DNA of 32,000 nt from Candidatus Kuenenia stuttgartensis (GTDB taxonomy: Bacteria > Planctomycetota > Brocadiia > Brocadiales > Brocadiaceae). The position numbers were made by a program, and so were the translations under genes. The notes beneath the pieces are model-generated. The model saw only the letters and a list, made by a program, of their open reading frames with translations, was not told the origin of the DNA and ran no database searches. Each line of letters opens with the position of its first letter. Position 1 is the stretch's first letter. Positions 1 to 8,678 of this stretch are shown piece by piece. The DNA is taken from the NCBI RefSeq assembly GCF_900232105.1, contig NZ_LT934425.1, forward strand, positions 2,430,001 to 2,462,000. Reading direction: 5' to 3'.

Positions 1-1
1 T

Positions 2-223
2 GATAATGATGGATGTACGGCAGAGGGCGTGAAAGTAACACGGAAGCTTTCTTCGGCTAACAGGAAAATGATTAACGTAAAACCTCTCAGCGCAAAAACA
101 GATGCAAGTGGACAGGCAACGTTCACCATAAGGGCGAAGAAGGATAAAGGAAAAGCCGATGTGAAGTTTAGCGTAGGCGGTGTGAAAGATAAACCAAAAG
201 TAAAGATTGCCCTTACGAAGTAA
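2..223 (+). CDS. C-terminal fragment of a larger protein with a bacterial Ig-like (Big/invasin-type) repeat; the 5' end lies outside the window
   Basis: The reading frame is open from nt 2, with no stop upstream of the GTG at 29 used by the ORF track. The tail ...TDASGQATFTIRAKKDKGKADVKFSVGG... resembles Big-domain beta-sandwich repeats. Stop at 221-223. Confidence 0.45.
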   Translation, partial: DNDGCTAEGVKVTRKLSSANRKMINVKPLSAKTDASGQATFTIRAKKDKGKADVKFSVGGVKDKPKVKIALTK

Positions 224-249
224 GATAGCGCCAGGACAAAGTTTTTCTC

Positions 250-288
250 TGTAACACTTTAGATTTTTCAAAAAGCTAAAGTGTTACA
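250..288. repeat. Minimal palindrome made of two back-to-back termini of the GTAAC MITE family (TGTAACACTTTAG-N13-CTAAAGTGTTACA)
   Basis: Perfect 13-bp arms at 250-262 and 276-288. It sits between the convergent ends of the Ig-like fragment (stop 223) and the Mo-oxidoreductase (stop 307). The arms match the termini of the elements at 16705-17007 and 27996-28294. Confidence 0.8.
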
Positions 289-306
289 ATTATTCAGGAT
301 TGTTTC

Positions 307-2436
307 TCATGTTTTTTCCTTTTCAATAGCGCACAACAAACCTCTTAGTTGATAAGACCCAAAGGCGGGGTCGTAAGGGGGTTTGTTGTTTGTTAATACG
401 TTGGCGTTCGATTCCCAAACACCGAATTCCGGACCCGCTTTTTCAGGAAACCACCATCCATGTTCCACGCTTATCACCCGTGGATGAATATCTTCCGTTA
501 CCTGCGCCTTCATACGGATGCTTCCCCGCGGAGAACTCACAATGACCCAATCACCATGGTTTATTCCCTTTTCTGCGGCAACCTCCCGATGCATTTCTGC
601 CTGGGGATGCGGCCTCCGTTTTCTCAGAGAGGGTATCTGTCTGTGTTCGCTCTGGAAAAATTCTTTCTTACGGCATCCCGTAATGAGCACATAGGGAAAT
701 TGTTCCACCAGTTCAGGCGATTGCACCGGGCTTTCCGGGGGTTCTTTGTATGTTGGCAGAGGATCGTACCCCAATCTCTGTAATGATTTTGAATAAAGTT
801 CTACCTTTTTCGAAGGAGTTCTGAACCCTTTTTCCTCATACCTTTTGTATTGATGCGGCGGATAAAAGAATCCTGAGGTTTTTAACTTCTGATAATCTAT
901 TCCCAGAGGTTCCAATTGATAATTCATTACGTCTTCCAGGCTTTCTTCGCTTCCTGGCAGGTGAAGCCGTTTGGAGAGTTCATTGATTATCCATTCGTCC
1001 TGCCTGCATTCTGCGTGTTGCGTGATTTTTTGTTGAGCCATGACCATGTTTTCTACCACCAGGGGATATCCAATTACCTGTTCAACTTCAGGCCAAAATG
1101 CCGCGGGAAGGACATAATCCGCCAGTGCAGCAGTAGGCGTCATAAAAAGATCAGTAACCACCAATAGTTCCAGCCTTTGCAAGCTTTCATATACCTCTCC
1201 CGGATTTGCTACTGTAGTCAAAGGGTTGTTTCCAAAGATAAGAAGCGCCCTTATTTGATAAGGATCGCACGTTCTCATTGCCTTAAATAATGCAGGGATG
1301 TGCGCAGACGGCATGAACGCCCTCCAGCCACCCAGGAGTTTAAATGTATCCGCCCCTAAGCGCTTTTTCAACATGCCTTCCGGTAATTTCTCTTTGAGGG
1401 TAGGGTAACTGCGGATGATATTTTTACCAATAATATCACCGCCAGGGTTGTCGATGTTGCCTGTTAATGCGCGTAAAATGGCAATGCTTCTGACGGTTTG
1501 CAGGGAGTTTGTATTCTGTTCAATGCCCAGCCCCCATTCTAATATTGCAGGTTTATTCAGGGCATATGTCCGCGCAGCATTTACGATGTCACATGCAGCT
1601 ACCCATGTAATCGTCTCCGCCCATTCAGGGGTGAACGCTTTTACATGTTCCCTAAGCTCAGAAAACCCATGCGTCCATTTCTCCACAAATTCTTTATCAT
1701 AAATATTTTCCTTTATAATAACGTGTATCATTGCCAGTGCTAATGCAGCATCAGTTCCTGGTCTGACAGGCAGCCATTGCTTGCAGCGTTTTGCAGTCTC
1801 CGATCTCCTGGGATCAACGGCGATGCCGATTGCCCCCTTATCCAATGCCCTTTTGACGGAAATTGCCAATTCACCGTCCGGCCCCGATACCAGTGGATTG
1901 TGCCCCCAGAATAAAATACATTTTGGCGGTACGTCTCCATAGTAATCCCCGACAACAAAACCGCCATACATAATATTGCTAACTGTAATTCTCGGGATAA
2001 AACACTGCGCTAAACCAGGTTCATACCAGTTAGGCGTACCCAGCGCATTTGCGAACCGCACGACATGCATGTAATGGTGTCTTCCCGTTCCTTGTCCCAG
2101 TGCAATCGATTCCGCACCGTGTTCTTTTTTCAAGGCGTCCAGTTTACGGGCTATCTCTTCCAGCGCCCTTTCCCATGAAATGCTTTCCCACTGCATGCCC
2201 CCTCTTTTGCCTTTACGTAAAAGGGGAGTCCTTAATCGGTCGGGATGATTTGCTATTTCGGGAGTCATTACTCCTTTAATGCACATCCAGCCCTTGTTCA
2301 TCGGTGACGCCGGATCGCCCTTTACCTTTACCACCTTGCCATTTTGGACAGATACAATGACGCCGCAGCCGCCGTGACAGATTCTGCAGATACTTTTATA
2401 GGTTTTTTCGATATTGTCTGTCAATGTTATCTCCAT
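307..2436 (-). CDS. Molybdopterin-dependent oxidoreductase (MopB superfamily, BisC/formate-dehydrogenase-like catalytic subunit), cytoplasmic type
   Basis: 709 aa counted from the ATG at 2436. N-terminal CRICHGGCGV...C Fe-S motif (CxxCxxxC) starts about 18 aa from that Met. Long MopB-like body with the C-terminal beta-barrel region. No twin-arginine signal. GGAGGG lies just upstream of ATG 2436. The track's TTG at 2508 adds 24 aa of non-protein-like sequence. Confidence 0.9.
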   Translation of the reverse strand: MEITLTDNIEKTYKSICRICHGGCGVIVSVQNGKVVKVKGDPASPMNKGWMCIKGVMTPEIANHPDRLRTPLLRKGKRGGMQWESISWERALEEIARKLDALKKEHGAESIALGQGTGRHHYMHVVRFANALGTPNWYEPGLAQCFIPRITVSNIMYGGFVVGDYYGDVPPKCILFWGHNPLVSGPDGELAISVKRALDKGAIGIAVDPRRSETAKRCKQWLPVRPGTDAALALAMIHVIIKENIYDKEFVEKWTHGFSELREHVKAFTPEWAETITWVAACDIVNAARTYALNKPAILEWGLGIEQNTNSLQTVRSIAILRALTGNIDNPGGDIIGKNIIRSYPTLKEKLPEGMLKKRLGADTFKLLGGWRAFMPSAHIPALFKAMRTCDPYQIRALLIFGNNPLTTVANPGEVYESLQRLELLVVTDLFMTPTAALADYVLPAAFWPEVEQVIGYPLVVENMVMAQQKITQHAECRQDEWIINELSKRLHLPGSEESLEDVMNYQLEPLGIDYQKLKTSGFFYPPHQYKRYEEKGFRTPSKKVELYSKSLQRLGYDPLPTYKEPPESPVQSPELVEQFPYVLITGCRKKEFFQSEHRQIPSLRKRRPHPQAEMHREVAAEKGINHGDWVIVSSPRGSIRMKAQVTEDIHPRVISVEHGWWFPEKAGPEFGVWESNANVLTNNKPPYDPAFGSYQLRGLLCAIEKEKT

Positions 2437-2590
2437 AACCCTCCAAGCCGGAGAGGTTGGAATAAAGGAGTAAAACCACGGAACACCTAGCGCGGCCTTT
2501 GGCCGCAACCAAAAAGGTGATTTTTAGTTTATTATAAAGTATAGTAGTATCCTCGTAAATAGTAATCAGACAATTTGGAGGACACTACTT

Positions 2591-4147
2591 ATGAATAAGT
2601 TGATGGAATTATATCGAGACAGGATCGTGGGTGCAATAAGCGGTCTGGACAGGATTCGTTTTCGCGGGACATTGCGGTGGTTGGCCAGTGAGCGTGGGAT
2701 GGGAACATTCATGAACCAAGCGAGAATTCTGCTTAAGGATTTTTCCGGTTGGGTCAATGGGCTTACGGCACAGGTGCGAGACAGTTGTGAATCGCGGGCG
2801 AAAGATTTGGGTATCGAGGTGCGGTATTTGATGAGCAGCGGTGTTGATAAGGAGAAGTTGGCTCGCCAGATCGCGGCGGATAAGAGGATTACGGAAGGTT
2901 CCATCTGCCTGTTGAGTGTGGTAGAGCCTTGTATTGCGCCGATGGTCAAGGGCAACAAGGCCAGCAAGAAGCTCGAGTTGGTAATGGCGCCCCGCAAGTG
3001 TGTCTTTGTGTATCATTATTTTAACGATCCAGTGTTTGGTTTTGGTCATGTTCGTATCCAGAGTTGGGCGCCGTTTAATATTTTCATTTGTCTCAATGGT
3101 CGTCATTGGCTGGAGCGGCAACTTCAGAAGCAAGGTATTGATTATGTTAAGGACGGCAACTGTTTTGTGCGTATAGAGGATATTGCGGCTGCGCAGGTTC
3201 TGCTCCATGAGCAGCTTAAGACTGACTGGGCGAAGCTGCTGAACGGGCTTGCGTTGGGCAGTTGCCCGGCATTGTCGCAGATTCTTCGTCCGTTGGAACC
3301 GGAGTATTACTGGTCTGCGGATGAGACGGAGTGGGCGACGGACATCATGTTTAAATCGGTTGAGGCATTGGAGGAGTTGTTTCCATCGTTTGTTCATCAT
3401 GCGATGCGGGTTTGCGACAGTTCTTCGGTGATGAAGTATTTGGGTAGGCGTAACCTTGCAGGCGCTGCCCCTGATGAGGTTATCAGCGACTATCGAAGAC
3501 GCTATGAAGGTATACGGGTCAAGCACAGTGTGAATTATAATTCAGTGAAGATGTATAACAAGAGCGGTAGTCTCTTGCGTATTGAGACAACGATCAATAA
3601 TACGCGGGACTTTAAGGTCTTTCGGAGTCCCAATGATGATGAAGGCAAACCGGCGTCATGGCAGAAGATGCGTAAGGGCGTAAGCGATCTTCATCGACGG
3701 TGTGAGGTGAGCCAACAATGCAATGATCGTTATGGGGATGCTTTGGCGGCGGCTCAGGTAGAGGAGAAACTGAAAGAAGTGGTGAGCAGCGCTTGTAACA
3801 AGGTTGTCAAAGAGGGCAAGAGGTATCGAGGTTTGAATCCCTGGCAGCAGGATGATTACCAGATGCTGATGTTCCTGTCCAAAGGCGAAAACGCGATAAA
3901 TGGATTCCGCAACCATGATTTGCGTAAGTGGCTTTACCGGGAATCCGAACAATCCGGCAAGGATCAGCAAAAGAAATATTCCGGACGAACGACCCGACGG
4001 ATAAAGATGCTGCGGGCACACGGTCTAATCCGCAAAGTTCCGAGGGCCAACCGCTATGTTTTGACGGAGAAAGGCCAGAAGTTCTCTTGTTCACTGATGA
4101 CCGCTTCAGCCCTTGATATTAAAGCACTTACGGAAATGGCGGCATGA
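2591..4147 (+). CDS. Hypothetical 518-aa protein of unknown family, with a C-terminal winged-helix-like segment; candidate mobile-element protein
   Basis: Uninterrupted ORF with GGAGG (2577-2581) 9 nt upstream of the ATG. Clearly GC-richer than its neighbours. C-terminus ...RRIKMLRAHGLIRKVPRANRYVLTEKGQKF looks wHTH-like. I recognise no catalytic motif. Confidence 0.8.
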   Translation: MNKLMELYRDRIVGAISGLDRIRFRGTLRWLASERGMGTFMNQARILLKDFSGWVNGLTAQVRDSCESRAKDLGIEVRYLMSSGVDKEKLARQIAADKRITEGSICLLSVVEPCIAPMVKGNKASKKLELVMAPRKCVFVYHYFNDPVFGFGHVRIQSWAPFNIFICLNGRHWLERQLQKQGIDYVKDGNCFVRIEDIAAAQVLLHEQLKTDWAKLLNGLALGSCPALSQILRPLEPEYYWSADETEWATDIMFKSVEALEELFPSFVHHAMRVCDSSSVMKYLGRRNLAGAAPDEVISDYRRRYEGIRVKHSVNYNSVKMYNKSGSLLRIETTINNTRDFKVFRSPNDDEGKPASWQKMRKGVSDLHRRCEVSQQCNDRYGDALAAAQVEEKLKEVVSSACNKVVKEGKRYRGLNPWQQDDYQMLMFLSKGENAINGFRNHDLRKWLYRESEQSGKDQQKKYSGRTTRRIKMLRAHGLIRKVPRANRYVLTEKGQKFSCSLMTASALDIKALTEMAA

Positions 4148-4186
4148 AAAACACGCATAAAAAACAAGAAATTGATGGATAGTAGT

Positions 4187-4320
4187 ACGGAATACACGGA
4201 AATTTATTTTACAATACATTCTCATATAACCTCATTTAGCATACGATTCTTCTTCCAACAAAATTTTCTCCATTCTCACTCATCATCCTCTTCCAAATTC
4301 TTTTTTTCCGTGTATTCCGT
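4187..4320. repeat. Perfect 16-bp inverted repeat ACGGAATACACGGAAA / TTTCCGTGTATTCCGT enclosing about 100 bp of AT-rich spacer
   Basis: Arms at 4187-4202 and 4305-4320 are exact reverse complements. A related AACCACGGAACAC occurs at 2474-2486 on the other side of the 518-aa gene. Confidence 0.8.
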
Positions 4321-4343
4321 GGTTACCATATTTTAATTATAAT

Positions 4344-5318
4344 TTAATAAAACCGTGTTCGCACCATTCCCCATAACATTCCAAATCCCAGAGCACCTGC
4401 CCTGAGAACAAGTAAAAAAGGAACACATAATCCAACGAAGTAATCTTTTCTGACGCCCAATATCATTAAAGGCAGAGATAGTATGAAGAAAAATACGCCT
4501 GCGCCAAATGCCGCATACAAGCCAGTGGGGGAAAAAACAGAAAAGGAAATGCTCATTAGGAATAAAAACAGAAAAAGAATCTGTAATTTTAATGTTTGAG
4601 GGGTGTAGGTATCTTTAAGCATCTTGCCGGGAAATTTTTTATATACTACCGTCCGCCAGTACCCCCTCCAGAATTTAAGCCTTGCATACCTTTTTACCGA
4701 AGCGGGATGGTCTAAATGAAAAACAATGGCGTTTGGATTGAACACCATTTTAAATCCCCGCGTTGACATGCGGTACGACAATTCCGTATCTTCATTGTTC
4801 GCAACGGGAAAACTCGTATCAAAACCGCCAAGCTGAAGAAACGCATCTTTACGAAAACCCGCGGAATACGTGTCAACCATGTCGATTGATGCAGCCTTTT
4901 TCAGCATTTCAAACCGCTCTTCAAACTCAAGCTGGGCGAAACGGGCTACAATACTTTTCTGCCTGTTCCTATATGCCCCTTTTACCGCCATTACGCTTTT
5001 ATCGTTGAACGGCGCAGCCATTTCCCTTATCCAATCAGGTTCCGGCACACAATCGGAGTCGGTAAATAAAATAATTTCTCCCTTTGCCACTATTGCTCCC
5101 TTGTTCCTTGCCGTCGCAGGCCCGCTATTTTCCTGCCGGAGATATTTTATATCATACGTCCTTGCAATTTCACCCGTTGCATCTTTTGAACCGTCATCTA
5201 CCAAAATTACTTCATATGAAGCGGATGGATAATTTTGTTGTTTCAGGGCATGTAAGCATTGCCCGATTGTTTTTTCAGCATTATAAGTTGGTATTATGAC
5301 TGATATGGAAAATGGCAT
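4344..5318 (-). CDS. Family 2 glycosyltransferase with a C-terminal multi-pass membrane region
   Basis: ISVIIPTYNAEKTI...VDDGSKD...FTDSDC (GT-A DxD-type signature), followed by hydrophobic helices at the C-terminus. I prefer the ATG at 5318; the track's start at 5348 is a TTG adding 10 aa. Confidence 0.88.
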   Translation of the reverse strand: MPFSISVIIPTYNAEKTIGQCLHALKQQNYPSASYEVILVDDGSKDATGEIARTYDIKYLRQENSGPATARNKGAIVAKGEIILFTDSDCVPEPDWIREMAAPFNDKSVMAVKGAYRNRQKSIVARFAQLEFEERFEMLKKAASIDMVDTYSAGFRKDAFLQLGGFDTSFPVANNEDTELSYRMSTRGFKMVFNPNAIVFHLDHPASVKRYARLKFWRGYWRTVVYKKFPGKMLKDTYTPQTLKLQILFLFLFLMSISFSVFSPTGLYAAFGAGVFFFILSLPLMILGVRKDYFVGLCVPFLLVLRAGALGFGMLWGMVRTRFY

Positions 5319-5363
5319 ACAATATTTTCGTCTCTGAATGATTTTCAAAGGGCTAACCAGAAG

Positions 5364-6167
5364 CTATCGAATGATAATTCCCGCATACCCTACCACCTGA
5401 TCATAATCGCCGGTGACGTCCCCGCTCGTTGCGTAGCGTACGAGTATTGCTTCTTTTGCGCCACGTTCTTTGGAGCAAGTAAGCATAATCACTGCAGGGT
5501 ATATTCCGCACATGGAAATGCGTAATTCGCGCACCTTGTTGTATAAGCCGTCTTCGTTAAGCGCTAAAATTTCATTGATGGCAATGTTATCTTTCTTGTT
5601 TGCAGACGCCTGCGGCTCGTGATGCGTCATATCGGAAGATGCCACTACGAGCGCATCGGGGTGCAATTTCTGCAGCATCTGGGACATGCACTTCCCTATG
5701 GTTTTCAAGTCCTGAATTTTTCTGGAGGCTATGGTCATTACAACTATCTCTGTTTTCTGATTAAAATATTGAATAAAGGGTATTTGTACCTCTGCAGCAT
5801 GTTCATACAAATGAGCCTCCTTGTCTCTTTCTATAAGGTGGCAACTATTAACCAATTCATCCACCGCTTCCTCATTTACTGCTATCTCTCCAAAAGGGGT
5901 TATCCAGGAACCTCCTGGCCAAATTGAATAGGGCTTGCCATATCCGGTATGATTTGGTGACAATATCACTACCAAATCCGGTATCGTAATGTGCGAATAT
6001 AAACTTCCGGCAATACTGCCGGAGTACATATAGCCCGCATGAGGAGAAACTGCCCCCAGAGCAGATTGTTTTTCACAATCCTTGATGATAAAAGTATCGA
6101 TCTCATGTTGTAACCGGCTTTTATCCCCGCTGTAAAAAGACCCCGCTACTGCTGGTTGACGTATCAT
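5364..6167 (-). CDS. amrB: MEMO1-family protein / AmmeMemoRadiSam system protein B
   Basis: N-terminus MIRQPAVAGSFYSGD..., then SPHAGYMYSG... and SSDMTHHE motifs typical of the Memo/AmrB family. 267 aa. Confidence 0.85.
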   Translation of the reverse strand: MIRQPAVAGSFYSGDKSRLQHEIDTFIIKDCEKQSALGAVSPHAGYMYSGSIAGSLYSHITIPDLVVILSPNHTGYGKPYSIWPGGSWITPFGEIAVNEEAVDELVNSCHLIERDKEAHLYEHAAEVQIPFIQYFNQKTEIVVMTIASRKIQDLKTIGKCMSQMLQKLHPDALVVASSDMTHHEPQASANKKDNIAINEILALNEDGLYNKVRELRISMCGIYPAVIMLTCSKERGAKEAILVRYATSGDVTGDYDQVVGYAGIIIR

Positions 6168-6428
6168 TTTATTTCTCTATTAAATTTAGTTGTTAATAAA
6201 AATAAATTGTACAAAAAATATCAAAAACACGTTAGCTTTTATGGGGCAATGACGTATGTTACTGCTTTTCCCCCGGTTGGCTAAATAGTTGCCATAATTA
6301 GAGAAAATTCCTTGAAAACGATGATAACAGATGTTATCTTTTTTATATAAATACCATTTCGATTCATCTGTTCCACAATTCTTCTTAAACAACCCTTCCC
6401 AAATCAGATTTGAAGAATCTAAACAAAT

Positions 6429-6505
6429 GGCGGTGTAGCTCAGATGGTTAGAGCAGCGGACTCATAAGCCGCAGGTCGGGGGTTCGATTCCCTCCGCCGC
6501 TACCA
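6429..6505 (+). tRNA. tRNA with CAU anticodon (elongator tRNA-Met or lysidine-modified tRNA-Ile2), CCA encoded
   Basis: Hand-folded cloverleaf: acceptor GGCGGTG/CGCCGCT (two G-U pairs), D arm GCTC-AGATGGTTA-GAGC, anticodon loop CTCATAA, T arm GGGGG-TTCGATT-CCCTC, then ACCA. It lacks the initiator hallmarks (no C1xA72 mismatch, no GGG/CCC anticodon stem). Confidence 0.9.
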
Positions 6506-6605
6506 TACTTCCGGTCTTATGCGATGGAACATTGAGCATTAACTTCCAAAACCGTGTAACTCATGTTACGCAATAAGAAAAATGTTCAATATTCAAATTT
6601 CAATA

Positions 6606-8045
6606 CTAAAGATTCAAAAAACCTCTAAATTCCAAATCCTTATCCACATTTTTTATTAAGTCCTCCTCATTAAATGCAAAACAGGGATTGATTTCAATAA
6701 GTCCCTTTACATTATCATTAGAATCCTTCGGGATGGCAACCCCCGCCTTTCGCAACCATTGGCCAAATATATTTACCATGTCTTGTTGCGCTGTTGCGGG
6801 AGAATCGTCTCCTTCTGCATTTTTTACCGGAGAAAATTCCTCCTTGCGGATAACTTCCATAAGTACACCATTTTTCACGTGCTTTAAAACGTCAAATATA
6901 AATGTTTCAAATTTAATGGCGTTATTTTCTTTCGGGGTAATCAAATTGCCGTTCAAATCAATAAAAGGAACCTTTTTTATTGCGATATGATACGGAAGGT
7001 AGGTTTCCATTTGAAACAGCTTTTCAAGAAAGGCGATGCTGAATATGTGAATCGCAATATTTCCTGCATTATATTTTAAAGTGCCATCATTGTTTTTTGC
7101 ATATTTGTCCTCCTGGCTCAGTTCCGAATACTCAACCACGTGCAAGTGTCCGTCAAGAGAAACAATCACTCCTACTTTTTCATCAGGGCTGCGTTTTTTA
7201 ACCACCTTTGATGACACATCCGCGCCATCCATAAGATGATAGCCAATAAATACAGGGTCTGCCATTTTTATAAGCACGTTATCCACCTGGTGATAAAAGA
7301 TGTGCCTGACCCCCCGTTCTTTTATATCATTTATAATACTTTTTTCCTGAAGCGCAATAATTGTGCCCCCATGACCGTTCGGGCTCATTACAATATTTGA
7401 CTTTGCATTCATCAAAATTTTTCCGTTCATATCTACTGTGGGAATCATTCGTTGGGTAAAGAAATATACCCGTTGTTGGTCAAGCCCGAAGAATTTGTTT
7501 GAACGGAAAAACTCCTGCGTGTCGTGATCATTTGTTTCGCTTGTCATAATATACCAGGGAAACATTGCGTTGTATTTCGTTTGAAGAGCGCGTATTTTCT
7601 CGGCATGAAGTTGAAAAATGCTTTTTTTGTTGATTGGCGATATGGGGAGCATGCCCTTTGGTCCATCGATTCCCAGCCGTGTTCCCTGTCCCCCCGCAAC
7701 GGTAAGGATGGCAATTTCTCCATTGCACAAGGACTCCTCCCCCACCTGTTTCGCCTTTTCAGCAGCTTTTTTTCCAGTAATATTTTCCGGAATGCCAATA
7801 ATCGGTGGGGGTTGTAAATTTTTCTGAAACATGTCAGAAGCTGAAATAAAGCTTTCGTGAAAAAGTTTTTGTAAAAGCGTAAAATCTATTGAAGATATCT
7901 GTTTCAAAAGATGCAGCTTTTCGGCAGTAGTAATCTCGTTCCACCAGCTAAAAATGTGGGACTGGCCAGTTTGAAATGCCTTTTCTATAAGGTGTTTATA
8001 ATCAGGATATGCTTTTTCAATATGGTCTTTGTTTACGGTATTCAT
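6606..8045 (-). CDS. UDP-sugar pyrophosphorylase (UDPGP family, UDP-N-acetylglucosamine/UTP-hexose-1-phosphate uridylyltransferase-like)
   Basis: 479 aa. LTVAGGQGTRLG nucleotide-binding loop plus overall eukaryote-type UAP/UGP-like architecture. Confidence 0.85.
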   Translation of the reverse strand: MNTVNKDHIEKAYPDYKHLIEKAFQTGQSHIFSWWNEITTAEKLHLLKQISSIDFTLLQKLFHESFISASDMFQKNLQPPPIIGIPENITGKKAAEKAKQVGEESLCNGEIAILTVAGGQGTRLGIDGPKGMLPISPINKKSIFQLHAEKIRALQTKYNAMFPWYIMTSETNDHDTQEFFRSNKFFGLDQQRVYFFTQRMIPTVDMNGKILMNAKSNIVMSPNGHGGTIIALQEKSIINDIKERGVRHIFYHQVDNVLIKMADPVFIGYHLMDGADVSSKVVKKRSPDEKVGVIVSLDGHLHVVEYSELSQEDKYAKNNDGTLKYNAGNIAIHIFSIAFLEKLFQMETYLPYHIAIKKVPFIDLNGNLITPKENNAIKFETFIFDVLKHVKNGVLMEVIRKEEFSPVKNAEGDDSPATAQQDMVNIFGQWLRKAGVAIPKDSNDNVKGLIEINPCFAFNEEDLIKNVDKDLEFRGFLNL

Positions 8046-8355
8046 AATTTAATAGTAAAGGAATTTTCATTTTGCATGTGAGTTTTCAGGGTGGTGCAAA
8101 CAAGAGAAAAACGCAGGATTTAGTGTCCCTGCTTAGTGCCCCTCCTTCCGGTTGATTAAGTCGTCCATGACTGAACCGAAACGTTTTGTATGTTTCATAA
8201 TGCCTGTCGGCAATCAAAAACGACAGACCAATGAAACAATGAACTTTATTATACGCTATTTTTTAAAATGTAAAATATTTATTTTCCCTCATTTTTTCTG
8301 CTTATGATTTATTATTTTTTATCCTCAAAGGTATAAGCAAAAAGATGAAGGAAAA

Positions 8356-8390
8356 GTAACATTTTAGTAACACTTTAGTCTTTTGAAAAA
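8356..8390. repeat. Two tandem solo termini of the GTAAC MITE family (GTAACATTTTAG + TAACACTTTAGTCTTTTGAAAAA)
   Basis: Direct match to the terminal repeat GTAACACTTTAGTTTTTTGAAAAA of the elements at 16705-17007 and 27996-28294. No partner end is nearby. Confidence 0.7.
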
Positions 8391-8605
8391 GCAAAACGTT
8401 CGTTCCCTAGCTTCCCAGACTGGGCCAAATGAACTCTGTTATCTCAAAAGTAAGGGGTAACTCCTCATATTTTATGGGAATGTAATTGCATTGGAAGCTC
8501 CTGCATCCACTCTATAAGAAATATGGAGGATCTTTCAGGCGGGTCCATGTTTATAACCTGAACACGCCTGGCGTAGCGATATGCTTTCTGTCCTTCAGGC
8601 CTGTT

Positions 8606-8678
8606 GTAGGGGCGAAGCATTTGCCATAAATCTTCATAAATGCGTTCTTACCCAAACCGGCAGATGCTTAGCCCCTAC
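8606..8678. repeat. Long hairpin repeat GTAGGGGCGAAGCATTTGCC...GGCAGATGCTTAGCCCCTAC (family shared with 19637-19708)
   Basis: 20-nt arms with 2 mismatches. The left arm is identical over 19 nt to the arm at 19637-19655. The right arm abuts the stop codon of the MBL-fold gene (8675-8677). Confidence 0.8.

Noticed and set aside
460-2279. Plus-strand ORFs (460-783, 916-1167, 1415-1702, 2049-2279) and the minus-strand ORF 1740-1967, all inside the Mo-oxidoreductase gene.
   Set aside because: They are antisense or off-frame shadows of a 709-aa gene with clear family motifs. Their translations are low-complexity and motif-free.
2437-2508. 24-aa N-terminal extension of the Mo-oxidoreductase ORF (TTG at 2508).
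   Set aside because: The extension (MRPKAALGVPWFYSFIPTSPAWRV) runs through repeat sequence and is not a Tat or Sec signal. ATG 2436 is preceded by GGAGGG and places the Fe-S motif at the usual distance from the N-terminus.
2566-4116. Long antisense and off-frame ORFs within the orphan gene (2609-3526 at 305 aa, 2566-2997, 3656-4021, 3807-4094, 3249-3431, 3928-4116).
   Set aside because: The GC-rich sense gene leaves alternative frames open. The sense ORF is longer (518 aa), has a GGAGG RBS and gives a protein-like composition. The shadow ORFs are Arg/Pro/Leu/Ser-rich.
2591-4147. The 518-aa orphan protein as the autonomous transposase that mobilises the GTAAC MITEs.
   Set aside because: Its flanks do not carry GTAA-type termini or any TIR. 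Its putative duplication is a different sequence context. The protein shows none of the features I associate with IS66 TnpC, for example the HLPLYRQ-type motif.
6186-6392. 68-aa ORF between amrB and the tRNA. I also considered similar small ORFs at 14564-14807, 26920-27180, 27374-27559, 17089-17307, 16608-16793 and 22588-22791.
   Set aside because: All lie in AT-rich or repeat-derived intergenic sequence. They lack Shine-Dalgarno sequences and have odd composition (Cys/Phe/Ile/Arg-rich). Several are simply translated palindromic repeats.
8111-8165. SRP (4.5S) RNA-like motif on the minus strand (…AACCGGAAGGAGGGGCACTAAGCAGGG…, cf. CCGGAAGGAAGCAGCC of domain IV).
   Set aside because: The flanks do not pair into the required long helix, the conserved AGCA/GGAA symmetric-loop geometry is not reproduced, and no complementary 5'/3' ends are visible. 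This is probably a chance resemblance in the 5' region of the pyrophosphorylase gene.
8606-8678. The long perfect hairpins (8606-8678, 19637-19708, 22825-22850, 250-288) as canonical rho-independent terminators.
   Set aside because: On the strand of the upstream gene none is followed by a U-tract, and the stems (11-20 bp) and loops (up to 34 nt) are atypical. I therefore annotated them as repeats, with a possible but unproven 3'-end function.
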